A stretch of DNA of 64,000 bases from Gammaproteobacteria bacterium (GCA_965116495.1 OZ220696.1:448001-512000); one strand, 5' to 3'; counted from the first letter of the stretch, positions 39,956 to 50,222 are shown. Notes: generated by a model from the letters alone, not told the origin. Translations and numbers: made by a program.

Positions 39956-40012
39956 TTTGACATTTTACTTGAGCCGGAATTAGACTAAAAGAGAAAAGAC
40001 TCGATAATTTAG

Positions 40013-40168
40013 TCAAATCTGAACTGTTCGTGGTTCTGAGTTTATGGATTGACCATAAATCATGTCTTTAACCAGCAGGTTCGAGATATCGGTTGGGCAC
40101 ACGGTTTGCAGGCCGCGCCATGCCGGTACGCTGTTAACTTCCAGCACCAGGTATTCGCCCTGTGTATC
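40013..40168 (-). pseudogene. C-terminal remnant of a RimK-family ATP-grasp ligase
   Basis: The minus strand reads DTQGEYLVLEVNSVPAWRGLQTVCPTDISNLLV; the LEVNS.PAW.GLQ motif resembles the H4MPT-pathway Orf5/MptN-like subgroup. Confidence 0.65.
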
Positions 40169-40244
40169 GTACTTGCTCTTCATATTGGATTATCTCAAAT
40201 TATTCGCAGGTGCCGCCTGTTATCAAGTCTTCCCGTCAAGGGTT

Positions 40245-41428
40245 TCAACCCGAGTTCAACCTCACCACCTTCGCTGCACCCGCATCGGTGATATAATCCG
40301 CCCACTGCTGCATAAGACGCTCACGCCGTGCGTACAGGTCCGATCTGAAATAACTGCCTTCAACACCAGGAACCATGTGCGCCAGGGCCATTTCCGCCAG
40401 TTGCCGGTCCTTCCCGCTTTCGGCACACCAGTCACGGAATGACGACCTCAGGCCGTGAACGGTTGCCCGGTCTGCCAGTGCCGCCCGCCGCAGAAACACC
40501 ATCATCGTTGCATTGGTTAACGGTTTGCCGTTGTTTCTTGGTGACGGGAAGACCAGACCGGACTTGTCGCGCAGCACTTCCGCCTTTTCCAGTATGGCTA
40601 TCGACTGGTCTGATAACGGCACTCTGTGCTCCCGGTTCGATTTCATGCGCCCCGCGGGGATTGACCAGGTTTTAGCTTCAAGGTCAATCTCACTCCACAG
40701 TGCGGCCCGTGCCTCAACGCTCCGGGTAGCCGTTAATGCGATAAACCGCAGACACAGTTTCGCAGCATCGCAAGCCGTCGCCTTGTCGGTCTGGTTCAAT
40801 GCGTCCCTGACCTCGGTATGGTGCAATGCCCGGTGGTGCTTTGTTTTACCGGCCTGCTTCGGCAACGCTGCACTGATGGCGTCGCCGGCCAGGTTGGTCT
40901 CGATATGGCCGAACGCCTGCGCCCAGGAAAATACGGCCTTGATGCAGCCCCGCAACCGGCGCGCCGTTGCGTTCTTATCGGTCCACAAAGGAACCAGTAT
41001 GTCAAGAATGTCCGCCCGGTCGATCAGGTCTATCCGCTTATGCCGGATACGCGGGAGGACATAGGTGTTCATGCACCGCCGCCATTCCTGCTCAGTCATG
41101 CTGTTGCGCCAGGTCGGCCGCACGCTGTCCAGGGCCGCCGTGGCTGCCGCCTCAAAGTCCGGTTTCAGCGCCTTGCGCTTTTCTGCCAGCGGATCCCCGC
41201 CGGCGCGGACCCGCCGCCGGTTGAGAAACGCCGTCTCCCGGGCCTCGTCCACACTCACGACGGGGAACGCACCCAGGCCCAGATCGTGGCGCTTGCCTTT
41301 AATCGTGATTCGCTGTACCCAGTATAGTATTTGCTCCTGTCCGTGATTCTCAGATACAATGTCGTGTCCACCGTATGGAAACCGGGGGCGCTTAGTTTGC
41401 GGGCTTTTGCGTCAGTAAATTGTTGCAT
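40245..41428 (-). pseudogene. P4-like tyrosine integrase, frameshifted
   Basis: Arm domain MQQFTDAK...LYLRI...(W)VQRITIKGKRHDLGLG; catalytic R (TRSVE), K (RMK), HGLR, LAH, Y. The 5-bp duplication agtatagtat at 41321-41330 breaks the frame. Confidence 0.88.
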
Positions 41429-41580
41429 GGTATGTTCTCCCGCTCCTACGATTTGTCCAACGATACACACGGAACTGTACAGGAAGGGAAAATACCTGTC
41501 AACAACGCATTTATAATAATATCAGATAGTTATGGCATGTAAAGGAAAGTGTTGGAACGCAAAAAACGGTGGTTTTATTC

Positions 41581-41656
41581 TTGGGGTCAGAGTAAAAATT
41601 CAACTATTTAAATGGGGATACTTGTTTATTACCAGATATTTTTACTCTGACCCCAA
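41581..41656. repeat. REPIN-like inverted repeat with 19-bp arms
   Basis: ttggggtcagagtaaaaat ... atttttactctgaccccaa; lone half-site ttggggtcagag at 32899-32910. Confidence 0.85.
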
Positions 41657-41659
41657 ATA

Positions 41660-43318
41660 TTATTTGTGATTCTCCTGTGGTATCTCGACGCCGTAATCCT
41701 GTTTTGCCCCCGTTGACGTGATAAAGCCTTTTCGATAGTCCTCGCGGACCTTTTCACCGGGGCGTTTTCCGGGATCGCCGAAGCCGCCGCCGCCGGCTTC
41801 CCGGATGGAAAAAAGCCCCCCTGCAGGTAACGTATGCGTGCCTTTGCCCTGGACGGTTTCATTATTGATCCTGAAGGCGCGCAATCCGCCGTCCCTGCCG
41901 CCCGCATAGCCTTTGGCGGGGTATTCCGTACGTATTCCAAACAGGGACAGCGATATTGGATGGCCCGTGTTGTTTTTCAGCACGACCTGTTGTCCCGGAC
42001 CGCCGCGGTATTGTCCTGCCCCGCCGGAATCGGGAAGTATGCGCCGTTCCAGCACGGCAACTTCCGTTTCGTCTTCCCATATTTCGCTGGATATCATTGC
42101 GCAGTTTGTCGGCGCGGGCGTGGTTTGCCGGCCGTCCAGCCCGGTCATGGCGCCGATCCCGCCGGTGGCGAAATACTGGTCAAGCAACTTGCGTCCATTC
42201 CGCAGCATACCGTTGAACACGACCGCCGTCGCCATCCCCGGTTCGGCCTGGACGGCTTCAGGCAGCGCCCTGGCAAAGGCGCCCATCAGCAGTGGCACGA
42301 CATACCAGCCTACCGTATTGCGCCCCAGGGTGGCTGCCGGGTGTTGAGCATTCAGGATACAGCCTTCCGGGGCCGTTACGTCCAGGGGCAACACGTTGGC
42401 AAGGTTGTTTGGCAGGTCCGGCGTGGTCAGGCATTTCAGGGTGTATGCGCACCAGGAACGGGTATAGCAGAGCGGGACGTTTATTGCGTAGGGCACGCAG
42501 GGACTGGTGCCGGCAAAATCGATTTTTACGCGGTCGCTTTTTATCTCCAGGGTACAGGCCAGGGTAACAGGTTGTTTGCCCCGCGTTTCAGCTTGCAGTT
42601 GATTGTTGTAGACACCATCCGGCATGGCCAGGATCTTTTCCCTGACGGCCGTATCCGACTGCCTGATGATGCCGTCGGCAATATCCTGCAAATCTTCCCG
42701 TTCATACTGATCCAGCATCTCGTTCAGTTTTACGCCGCCGGCATAAGTACCTGAAATATTGGCCATGATATCTCCGACCACCTGCTCCGGCGCACGCACG
42801 TTTCCCTTTATGATATCCAGCAACTCTTCATTCAACTGTCCTTGCCGGTAGATCTTCAGGGGCGGGATAAGCAAGCCCTCTTCGTAAACATCCCTGCTCG
42901 ATACGGACGCGCCCCTGCCGCCGGTATCGACGAGGTGGGTAATGGTCATGACGAAACCAATAAGATTTCCGTTGCGGAATACGGGCCTCAATACGCTGAC
43001 ATCCGCAAGATGGCCGGTGCCGATCCACGGGTCATTGGTAATGATGACATCACCGTCTTCCAGGCTGTGCGCGGGATAGCTTTCAAGCAGTTTTTCGATG
43101 GTGTAAAAGGCGGTACCGGTAAACGCGGGCGTACTTTGCGAACCCTGGGCAATGGGGCGTCCCGAGCGGTCGAATATGACGGCGCCTGCGTCCCATGCCT
43201 CCCTCACGGTCATGGAAAAAGAGGTATGGACCAGCGCCAGGAGTATTTCATCTGCAATGGAGATGAGACGGTCCCAGAGGAGCCCCAGGGTGATGATATC
43301 CAGCGTATTATGCTTCAT
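41660..43318 (-). CDS. Hydantoinase B/oxoprolinase-family subunit
   Basis: REAWDAG, TNDPWIGTGHLAD, HLVDTGG, EEGLLIP, AGGGGFGDP. Confidence 0.92.
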   Translation of the reverse strand: MKHNTLDIITLGLLWDRLISIADEILLALVHTSFSMTVREAWDAGAVIFDRSGRPIAQGSQSTPAFTGTAFYTIEKLLESYPAHSLEDGDVIITNDPWIGTGHLADVSVLRPVFRNGNLIGFVMTITHLVDTGGRGASVSSRDVYEEGLLIPPLKIYRQGQLNEELLDIIKGNVRAPEQVVGDIMANISGTYAGGVKLNEMLDQYEREDLQDIADGIIRQSDTAVREKILAMPDGVYNNQLQAETRGKQPVTLACTLEIKSDRVKIDFAGTSPCVPYAINVPLCYTRSWCAYTLKCLTTPDLPNNLANVLPLDVTAPEGCILNAQHPAATLGRNTVGWYVVPLLMGAFARALPEAVQAEPGMATAVVFNGMLRNGRKLLDQYFATGGIGAMTGLDGRQTTPAPTNCAMISSEIWEDETEVAVLERRILPDSGGAGQYRGGPGQQVVLKNNTGHPISLSLFGIRTEYPAKGYAGGRDGGLRAFRINNETVQGKGTHTLPAGGLFSIREAGGGGFGDPGKRPGEKVREDYRKGFITSTGAKQDYGVEIPQENHK

Positions 43319-45419
43319 GGCGGGTTAAAACCGGTGCGGCAATGAGGTTCAGCCTGCCATCTGTTTCGACCGAGTCACCCTCATGAATGACGGCTGTGCA
43401 CTCATCGTCTTCAATCAACATGGGCCCGGTAAATTTCTCTCCCTGCCGCAAGGCATAACGGTTAACTACCGGCCACTCAACAAAGCGGTCATCCGTGTGT
43501 GAATAGACGTTGCGGACACCGGTCGACGCGCCACCGTTGCTGTGAGCGGCAGGTCTACAGCCGTCAACCGGCGATGTGCCGGCAACAGTGACCTCCGCCT
43601 TCCAGTTGATGATTTCAATATCCCTGTCGGGAAAACGGGTGAAGAAATGTTTTTCGTATGCCGCATGAAACAGGTCCGGCAGCGCGGCATAAAGGCTTTT
43701 CATGTCGGCGCCGGAGGGCAGGCTGACTTCCAGTTCAAAACCCTGTCCCAGGTAGCGCATGTCCAGTCGCCTGGCAGTTTCAGGTTTGCCGGCACTCGCA
43801 TCTTCATGGGAGATACTCCGCAGGATGCTGTTTTCCAGTTCCGTAAAGCGCTTGATGAACCCTTCCGGTGAAAGCCCGCTTAACGCGGTCCGGTATGATT
43901 GCATGGAGGCAAAAGACACAGGCGCGCTCAGCAAGCCGACCGCTGATGCCACGCCGGAGGCGAAAGGGATGATCACCTGCGCCATTCCCAGTTTCCCTGC
44001 AATTGCCGTGGCATGGGCCGGCGCTGCTCCGCCGCATGCAACCAGCCGGCACTTTCGGTAGTCGATGCCGCGTTCTGCCGAATAATTTTTTATTGCGGCC
44101 GATACTTTTTCGTTGACGGTCTCGTAAATACCCCAGGCAGTGCGGGGTACTGTTGTGCCGAGCCTGCCGGCCAGGTTGCCGGCAATCACTTGTTCGGCAA
44201 GCTCGGACGGCGAACCCAGTTTACCGCCCGGAAACGTATCCGTGCCGTAATAGCCCAGCAGCAGGTTGGCATCGGCAGGGGTGGGCTGTTCTCCTCCAAG
44301 CCCGAAACAGGCGGGTCCCGGTTTTGCGCCCACGCTCTCCGGCCCGACCTTGAGGACGCCGCGCTCATCGATGGCGGCGATGCTTCCTCCTCCGGCGGCA
44401 ATCTCGGCCAGGTCCAGTACAGGGGTAGAGACGGGCAGGCCGCTGCCTGATTTGTTCCGGTAGACAAGGCCGACCTCCGTATCGTAGTGTTTCTGCGCCT
44501 TGCCGCCGCTGATAATGCCCAGCTTGGCTGTTGTGCCTCCCATGTCAAGCATAAGCAGGTCGGAACCGGCAGTGGCATTATCTACCTGGCCGCACCTCAG
44601 GGCAGCCGCGGCCGAACCGGATGCGAGCATGCGTACCGGGTATTGACGGGCGGTGTCCATATTCACTACGCCGCCATCTGAGCCGAGCAGGTGCAGCGTA
44701 CCGGCGAATCCGCTATTTGTTAACCAGGCATCAAGTTCCGACAGGTAAGTCCTGAATATGAATTGGGAATACGCGTTTACCACTGCTGTCGTCCAGCGCT
44801 CATACTCCCTGATGGCAGGCAGTACGCCAGCGGAGGTGGAGACGGACATACCGGGAAATTCACGGGCTATGATTTCGCCTGCCCGGCGTTCATGGACGGG
44901 GTTGCGGTAGGAATTGATGAAACACACGGCAACGGAATTAATCCTGTGGCTGCTGTTTAATTCCTGAACCGCTTCCAGGACATCCTGCTCCGGCAGATCA
45001 GTTTCTATTTCACCCCTGCTGTTGATCCGTTCATCGATCTCCCTGCGCCGCGGCAGGGGAACCAGGGGTTCTGGGTACTCAATGCGCATGTCGTACAGGT
45101 CGTAGCGCTGCTCCCTGCCGATATCGAGCGCTGAAATGAAACCTTTTGTACATAACATGCCGGTGGTGTCTCCCTTGCGCTCCAGCACGCCATTGGCAAC
45201 CATCGTCGTTGCATGGGTAATACGGGATATGGCGGCCAGTTGCACACCGGCTTTTGACAGCAGGACCCCCAGGCCCTCACGGACCGCCTGCAGGGGGTCG
45301 TCCGGGGTGCTCAGTTGTTTATGCACATACAGTTGTCTGAATTCCCGGCCGGATAAGGAGAAATCGGTGAACGTGCCGCCGATATCGATACCGAGCTGAA
45401 ACTGTCCGGTCTGGTTCAT
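43308..45419 (-). CDS. Hydantoinase A/oxoprolinase-family subunit
   Basis: IDIGGTFTD, HATTMVANG, DMGGTT, AGGGSIA, PGPACF, GGAAPAH, DMRYLGQ. Confidence 0.92.
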   Translation of the reverse strand: MNQTGQFQLGIDIGGTFTDFSLSGREFRQLYVHKQLSTPDDPLQAVREGLGVLLSKAGVQLAAISRITHATTMVANGVLERKGDTTGMLCTKGFISALDIGREQRYDLYDMRIEYPEPLVPLPRRREIDERINSRGEIETDLPEQDVLEAVQELNSSHRINSVAVCFINSYRNPVHERRAGEIIAREFPGMSVSTSAGVLPAIREYERWTTAVVNAYSQFIFRTYLSELDAWLTNSGFAGTLHLLGSDGGVVNMDTARQYPVRMLASGSAAAALRCGQVDNATAGSDLLMLDMGGTTAKLGIISGGKAQKHYDTEVGLVYRNKSGSGLPVSTPVLDLAEIAAGGGSIAAIDERGVLKVGPESVGAKPGPACFGLGGEQPTPADANLLLGYYGTDTFPGGKLGSPSELAEQVIAGNLAGRLGTTVPRTAWGIYETVNEKVSAAIKNYSAERGIDYRKCRLVACGGAAPAHATAIAGKLGMAQVIIPFASGVASAVGLLSAPVSFASMQSYRTALSGLSPEGFIKRFTELENSILRSISHEDASAGKPETARRLDMRYLGQGFELEVSLPSGADMKSLYAALPDLFHAAYEKHFFTRFPDRDIEIINWKAEVTVAGTSPVDGCRPAAHSNGGASTGVRNVYSHTDDRFVEWPVVNRYALRQGEKFTGPMLIEDDECTAVIHEGDSVETDGRLNLIAAPVLTRHEA

Positions 45420-45521
45420 CAGGCAATAATGTCAGTCGCAGTATTTGTTTATCACTGAAGGGATTATACGGAATCCGGACCCGGGGTTCCCGGCACCCAG
45501 TATTTCACGGGGCTATTATTA

Positions 45522-45536
45522 TGTATACTGTACGCA
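45522..45536. promoter_or_regulatory. Candidate operator TGCRTACWGTATAC (copy 1, on the minus strand)
   Basis: The reverse complement tgcgtacagtataca matches tgcatactgtatact at 50153; both lie in divergent promoter regions. Confidence 0.4.
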
Positions 45537-45558
45537 GTTACTATCAAGCTGGCACGTA

Positions 45559-47238
45559 ATGAAGACAGGCGCACAAATTCTCGCAGATCTCCTGGTAAGT
45601 AATGGAACCCGCTTCGTGTTTCACATGCCCGGGGAAAGTTTTCTCAGCGCAATCGACGCCTTGAGCGGGCACCGGGATAAGGTAACGGCGATCAGTTGCC
45701 GCAATGAAACGGGAATGGCCGTGATGGCCGAGGCGACCGGCAAGCTGACCGGCAAGCCGGGGGTCTGTTTTGTGACCCGGAGTCCCGGCGCGACCAACGC
45801 GTGCCTGGGTGTCCATACCGCGTTCCAGGATTCCTCACCGATGATCCTGATCGTCGGCCAGGCGGGGCAGTTTGAGACCGAACGCGACGCATTTTTACAA
45901 TACCAGGATTTCCCGAACATGTTTGCGCCCATGTCCAAGTGGGTGGCGCAGGTCGATAGCGCGCACCGGTTGCCGGAAATAGTCAGCCGGGCTTTTCATA
46001 CCGCGCTGTCCGGCAGGCCAGGGCCTGTCGTCCTGGTAATTCCGGAAAATGTACTTAACGAAGAATGCCGGCCGCAGAACGTGGCTCCGGTACAGACAAT
46101 TCAGCCTTCTCCTTCACGGGAACAGGTCGACCAGTTGTACAGGCTGCTGGGCAAGGCAAAAAAACCGGTGTTACTGGTCGGTGGCGCCGGATGGGATGAA
46201 ACCGCAAGGGAGCAGTTACAGGACTTTGCTGAAAAAAATAAACTGCCCGTAGTCGCTTCTTTCAGGCGCAGGGATATTATTGACCAGCGCCATCCGTGCT
46301 ACGCGGGCGAACTGGGTATTGCCTGCAACCCGAAAATTATCCCGTGGCTGCAGGAAAGTGACCTGGTCATTGCTCTTGGCCTGCGTCTGGGCGAGATGAA
46401 TACCATCGGTTCCGGGTTCATGGTCGGGTTTACCCTGTTCGACGTGCCCGCACCCAGACAGACCCTGGTACAGATTCACAGCGGTATTGAAGAACTGCAG
46501 CGGGTATACCAGGCTGATTTGGCAATTCTTGCATCTCCGGGCCCGATGTCCGCAGCCCTGAACGGCATGGAGGCCATTGCCGGCGTCCCGTGGGAGCAAT
46601 GGACCCGGAACGCCCGTACCGAATATGAAACATTCACCGCCACCGACAATTGTCCCGAGCCGGTCGACCTGGCCGGCATCTTTCGCTGGCTGCGGGAACG
46701 CTTGCCGGCCGATGCCATCCTGACCAACGGGGCCGGCACCTATGCAGGCTGGAGCCAGCGTTACTTCCAGCATTACCGGCCGCAGACACAGCTTGGCCCG
46801 ATCAGCGGCGGCATGGGCTACGGCCTGCCTGCCGCCATCGCCGCGAAACTGCACCGGCCTGAAGCGACCGTTGTTGCCTTGGGTGGCGACGGGTGTTTCC
46901 TCATGAACAGCGAGGAACTGGCGACCGCGGTGAAATACCGGATAGCCGTTATCGTGCTGGTCATCAATAACGATATGTATGGCGCCATACGCCTGCACGA
47001 GGAGACGGCATTCGGCGGGCGGGACCTGGGGACCTCCCTGTCTAACCCGGATTTTGCCGCCCTCGCCAGGGCGTATGGTATCTTCGGGGCGACCGTGAAC
47101 AATACCGGTGAGTTCGAACCGGCCTTTGAACAGGCGCTGGAGTCCGACGGACCTGCCTTGATCGAATTGAGAATTAACCCCGAGGCGATTAATACACGCT
47201 TTACCCTGAGTTCCATCTCCGCAAAGAATCACGACTGA
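45559..47238 (+). CDS. Thiamine pyrophosphate-dependent enzyme (acetolactate synthase large-subunit-like)
   Basis: PGESFL, CRNE, PGATNA, GRPGPV, MGYGLPAA, GDGCFLM...NN. Confidence 0.9.
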   Translation: MKTGAQILADLLVSNGTRFVFHMPGESFLSAIDALSGHRDKVTAISCRNETGMAVMAEATGKLTGKPGVCFVTRSPGATNACLGVHTAFQDSSPMILIVGQAGQFETERDAFLQYQDFPNMFAPMSKWVAQVDSAHRLPEIVSRAFHTALSGRPGPVVLVIPENVLNEECRPQNVAPVQTIQPSPSREQVDQLYRLLGKAKKPVLLVGGAGWDETAREQLQDFAEKNKLPVVASFRRRDIIDQRHPCYAGELGIACNPKIIPWLQESDLVIALGLRLGEMNTIGSGFMVGFTLFDVPAPRQTLVQIHSGIEELQRVYQADLAILASPGPMSAALNGMEAIAGVPWEQWTRNARTEYETFTATDNCPEPVDLAGIFRWLRERLPADAILTNGAGTYAGWSQRYFQHYRPQTQLGPISGGMGYGLPAAIAAKLHRPEATVVALGGDGCFLMNSEELATAVKYRIAVIVLVINNDMYGAIRLHEETAFGGRDLGTSLSNPDFAALARAYGIFGATVNNTGEFEPAFEQALESDGPALIELRINPEAINTRFTLSSISAKNHD

Positions 47239-47297
47239 TTTATATCGGGGAGCGGCCTGGAACCGGCAGAGCGTTCAATGACGCGGAGCAAGAAACC

Positions 47298-47669
47298 ATG
47301 AAAAATCTGACCTATAATTTTCTCATAGCAGCCATTGTGTATGGCCTCTGGGGCACCCTGATGGGCGCCTGGATGGTATTTGCCGGGGAGTCATACCTGA
47401 GCCAGGTACACGCTCACATCAACCTGGTCGGCTGGGTGACTCTGGCGCTGTTCGGCGTGTTTTATCATATCTATCCGAGCGTGTCTGAATCGACGCTGGC
47501 GGCCGTGCACTTCTGGACGGCAAATCTTTCCGTGCTGGCGCTTAATATCGGGCTGTGGATGTTTTTTGAACAACAAGGCGGTTTCCTGCTGATCAGGGCA
47601 GGCACGGTCCTGGTATTGTTATCATTTCTGCTGTTCCTGGTTTTGATGTGCCGGGCAAGAGTAGTTTGA
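47298..47669 (+). CDS. Small four-TM membrane protein with an HAHINLVGW motif (heme-copper oxidase subunit I-like fragment family)
   Basis: Four hydrophobic segments; G..M...HAH.NL.GW motif. Confidence 0.7.
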   Translation: MKNLTYNFLIAAIVYGLWGTLMGAWMVFAGESYLSQVHAHINLVGWVTLALFGVFYHIYPSVSESTLAAVHFWTANLSVLALNIGLWMFFEQQGGFLLIRAGTVLVLLSFLLFLVLMCRARVV

Positions 47670-47681
47670 GGAGGAACCACT

Positions 47682-48518
47682 ATGTATAAATTCATCTTTA
47701 CGGGCCTGTTTGCAATATCTGCCGGAATGGCGGTACAAGCCGATGACGTACAGTTTACCCTGCTGGAAAAGGGAGCAAGTTATGTGATGGATGAGGCCGG
47801 TGAGTTACACCTGGTCAGGAATGAATTTGTCAGCGAAACCATATTGAGTAAAGACGGGGCAATCGTTGGCGGCACCATAAAACGTGCCGGAAGCGCGGAG
47901 CCGATATTCGAATTGAAGGGATCGGATTCCTTTTACAATCGTTATGCCAATTCCTACGAGGATTTTGCCGCGCTGGATGCGGCGCACCCCAATACCGGCT
48001 ACCTTGTCAATATCCGCGGCAGGACCAGCGACATAACGGATTTAACGTTAGCGTTCACCGGTCCGGAAGGCAAGGCGCAGTTACCTGACCCGATACGTAT
48101 TACCTTACAGCAGGAAAATGATGAAGTCGGTTTTACACGGGTTGATTCCGATAAGGACCTGCACCTGGTCTGGAGTGAATTTTCCAAGGGTACGGCTGAC
48201 CCGGGGGGTATACTGGATGACTTGGTATTCGCCATAGTCAGCGATTGTCACGGCAACCGCGTCAGCCATAGCGGCATCCCCTTTGTCATGCCGGAGTACC
48301 TGACCTTCCGCGCCGGTAAATACGTCATACCCGCCGGTAGCTTGCAACCGGGGTTGGCGCATGAAGTCACGGTCATACACGTGAATGGCGTGGGTACCAG
48401 GCAGGCAGGCGATGCGATTGCGATGGTGAGCTATAACACCTCGACAAAAATGAAATTCCGGACAACCGGCGCAACAACCGGCCCCGCCTGTGAGGGTGGT
48501 GGCGAGCAAATCGAGTAA
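47682..48518 (+). CDS. Hypothetical secreted protein
   Basis: GAGGAG RBS; signal peptide ending VQA; no family recognised. Confidence 0.7.
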   Translation: MYKFIFTGLFAISAGMAVQADDVQFTLLEKGASYVMDEAGELHLVRNEFVSETILSKDGAIVGGTIKRAGSAEPIFELKGSDSFYNRYANSYEDFAALDAAHPNTGYLVNIRGRTSDITDLTLAFTGPEGKAQLPDPIRITLQQENDEVGFTRVDSDKDLHLVWSEFSKGTADPGGILDDLVFAIVSDCHGNRVSHSGIPFVMPEYLTFRAGKYVIPAGSLQPGLAHEVTVIHVNGVGTRQAGDAIAMVSYNTSTKMKFRTTGATTGPACEGGGEQIE

Positions 48519-48531
48519 ACAGGCGCTTTAA

Positions 48532-49980
48532 CTATACAAGTTTAAAAGGCGGCGGAAAGATGCCCCCAGGGTCATAACGCGCCTGGATGGCAGCGAGACG
48601 TTTCCGGCTGGTTGCCGAATAACACTTTTCTATCCAGTGCGGACGGCGCATAAAATCCGTTTCATTAACATAGCAACCGGTCATTACCTGTTCGATTGAC
48701 CGGGCAAAATCATCCATCCAGCGCAGGTGTTCATCGTCCCGGGATGCTGAATCCCAGCGTGCAGACCAGTTAAGGAATAACGGCCCGGTCACCGAGTAGG
48801 CCGTGTCTTCCGGTAAATCCGTGTTGGAACGGTAGTTGGCAATGATCACTATCTTGCCGCTCGGCGCCCGGTTAAAGTGCCTGGCCGCGAGTTTCAGCGC
48901 TTCGTCCGTTTTCCATGCCCACGCGGTTTCGGTCGTCAACCTTGAAGGTGCCGATGTCCTGGTCATTGCCAGGACTTCGGCGAAGCTCATGGGCTGAAAT
49001 TCCCGGGCAAGCAGGCGGCCTTGCCCGGGAATATCCTGCAGGAGGGTGGTGAGCAAGCGCTTTGCCTCGCCTTCATCGTCAGCGAAGCAGACCGCCGATA
49101 TAACGCATTGACGGTCGCCGTCCCCGCCTTCCAGGATGAAGGACAATTCGATCTTTGCAGCCTGTCGATGCCGGGCCTGTTCAACCCATTCCATGAGAAC
49201 ATCGAGTTGCCCGGCGTTGTAGATGTAAGTACAGGCGGTTATTGCCTGCGGCAACGGAAAGACGTTCAGGTGATAGCGGACAACTACTCCACAGAACGCC
49301 GGGCCGGCGCCGCGCGCGGCCCAGAACAATTCCGCATGTGAATCCCGGCTGGCCCTGAGCTTTTCGCCTGAGGCGGTGACCAGGTCGATAGCCGTGACAT
49401 TAAAACAGGCAAACCTGTTCCAGTACTCTCCATTCCAGCCCATGCCGCCACCGAGGAGGTAGCCGCCCAGCGCGACTGACGGGCCGTGCGCAACCGGAAA
49501 TGCCAACCCGTGATCAGCCAGGACAGAACTGAATTCAGCGCTGGTAACACCAGGTTGCACCTGGGCCAGTTGCCCGTCTGTTTCAATTTTGATCTCACGT
49601 AATGTTGACACATCGAGCAGGATCCCTCCCTCGCGCAAATAACTGGAAACATAGTTATGACCACTGCCTCGCACTGCCACCGACAGCTTCCGGGCGCGTG
49701 CATAGTGAATGGTTTCGACAATATCATCTTCACTGAGCGCATGTACGATCATGTCTGGATAACGTTCCGGTTTCAGCGCCTGCCACACGGTATTTTGCCG
49801 CCGTCGCTCATAATCGGGGTGTGTGCGCGGGTAGACACTACCACTCACCCGGGGACCGGGCTCAATTCCGGCCGGATTGTGTTGTTGTTTCGCATGGAGC
49901 AGGGGTGAAGCGGCGCCGCCTATGGCAAGACCCCCAAGACCGGTAAGAAAGGAACGCCGTGTTTTACGAATGTCTGGCAT
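48532..49980 (-). CDS. Tat-exported FAD-linked oxidoreductase (VAO/berberine-bridge family)
   Basis: RRSFL signal; RGSGHNY, GGYLLGGGMG, LFWAARGAG, YVNE, RYDP. Confidence 0.9.
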   Translation of the reverse strand: MPDIRKTRRSFLTGLGGLAIGGAASPLLHAKQQHNPAGIEPGPRVSGSVYPRTHPDYERRRQNTVWQALKPERYPDMIVHALSEDDIVETIHYARARKLSVAVRGSGHNYVSSYLREGGILLDVSTLREIKIETDGQLAQVQPGVTSAEFSSVLADHGLAFPVAHGPSVALGGYLLGGGMGWNGEYWNRFACFNVTAIDLVTASGEKLRASRDSHAELFWAARGAGPAFCGVVVRYHLNVFPLPQAITACTYIYNAGQLDVLMEWVEQARHRQAAKIELSFILEGGDGDRQCVISAVCFADDEGEAKRLLTTLLQDIPGQGRLLAREFQPMSFAEVLAMTRTSAPSRLTTETAWAWKTDEALKLAARHFNRAPSGKIVIIANYRSNTDLPEDTAYSVTGPLFLNWSARWDSASRDDEHLRWMDDFARSIEQVMTGCYVNETDFMRRPHWIEKCYSATSRKRLAAIQARYDPGGIFPPPFKLV

Positions 49981-50152
49981 CGTGCAGTTTACCCCCGGAC
50001 ACATGGCCAAGAGAAAGTAAAGCGAGGACCAGCCATTGCATGAATTGAACAGTTTTCATGGTTGTTTAAACACTGGATAGAGCATTGCTTCGGGATGTCG
50101 GGGTCTGTTAACCATTTTATGTGTTAACCATTTTATGCTGCGGCGGTGGTAC

Positions 50153-50166
50153 TGCATACTGTATAC
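50153..50166. promoter_or_regulatory. Candidate operator TGCRTACWGTATAC (copy 2)
   Basis: tgcatactgtatac upstream of the DctP-family gene; see 45522. Confidence 0.4.
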
Positions 50167-50222
50167 TTATCCCCGGAAGCTGACAATTATTCGCTCACAT
50201 CCTAACCGGACAGACATCAGCT

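Noticed and set aside
41255-41470. Programmed frameshift in the integrase
   Set aside because: An exact 5-bp duplication explains the break; no slippery heptamer seen.
41430-41580. tRNA/tmRNA attachment site beside the integrase
   Set aside because: No cloverleaf or T-loop motif found on either strand.
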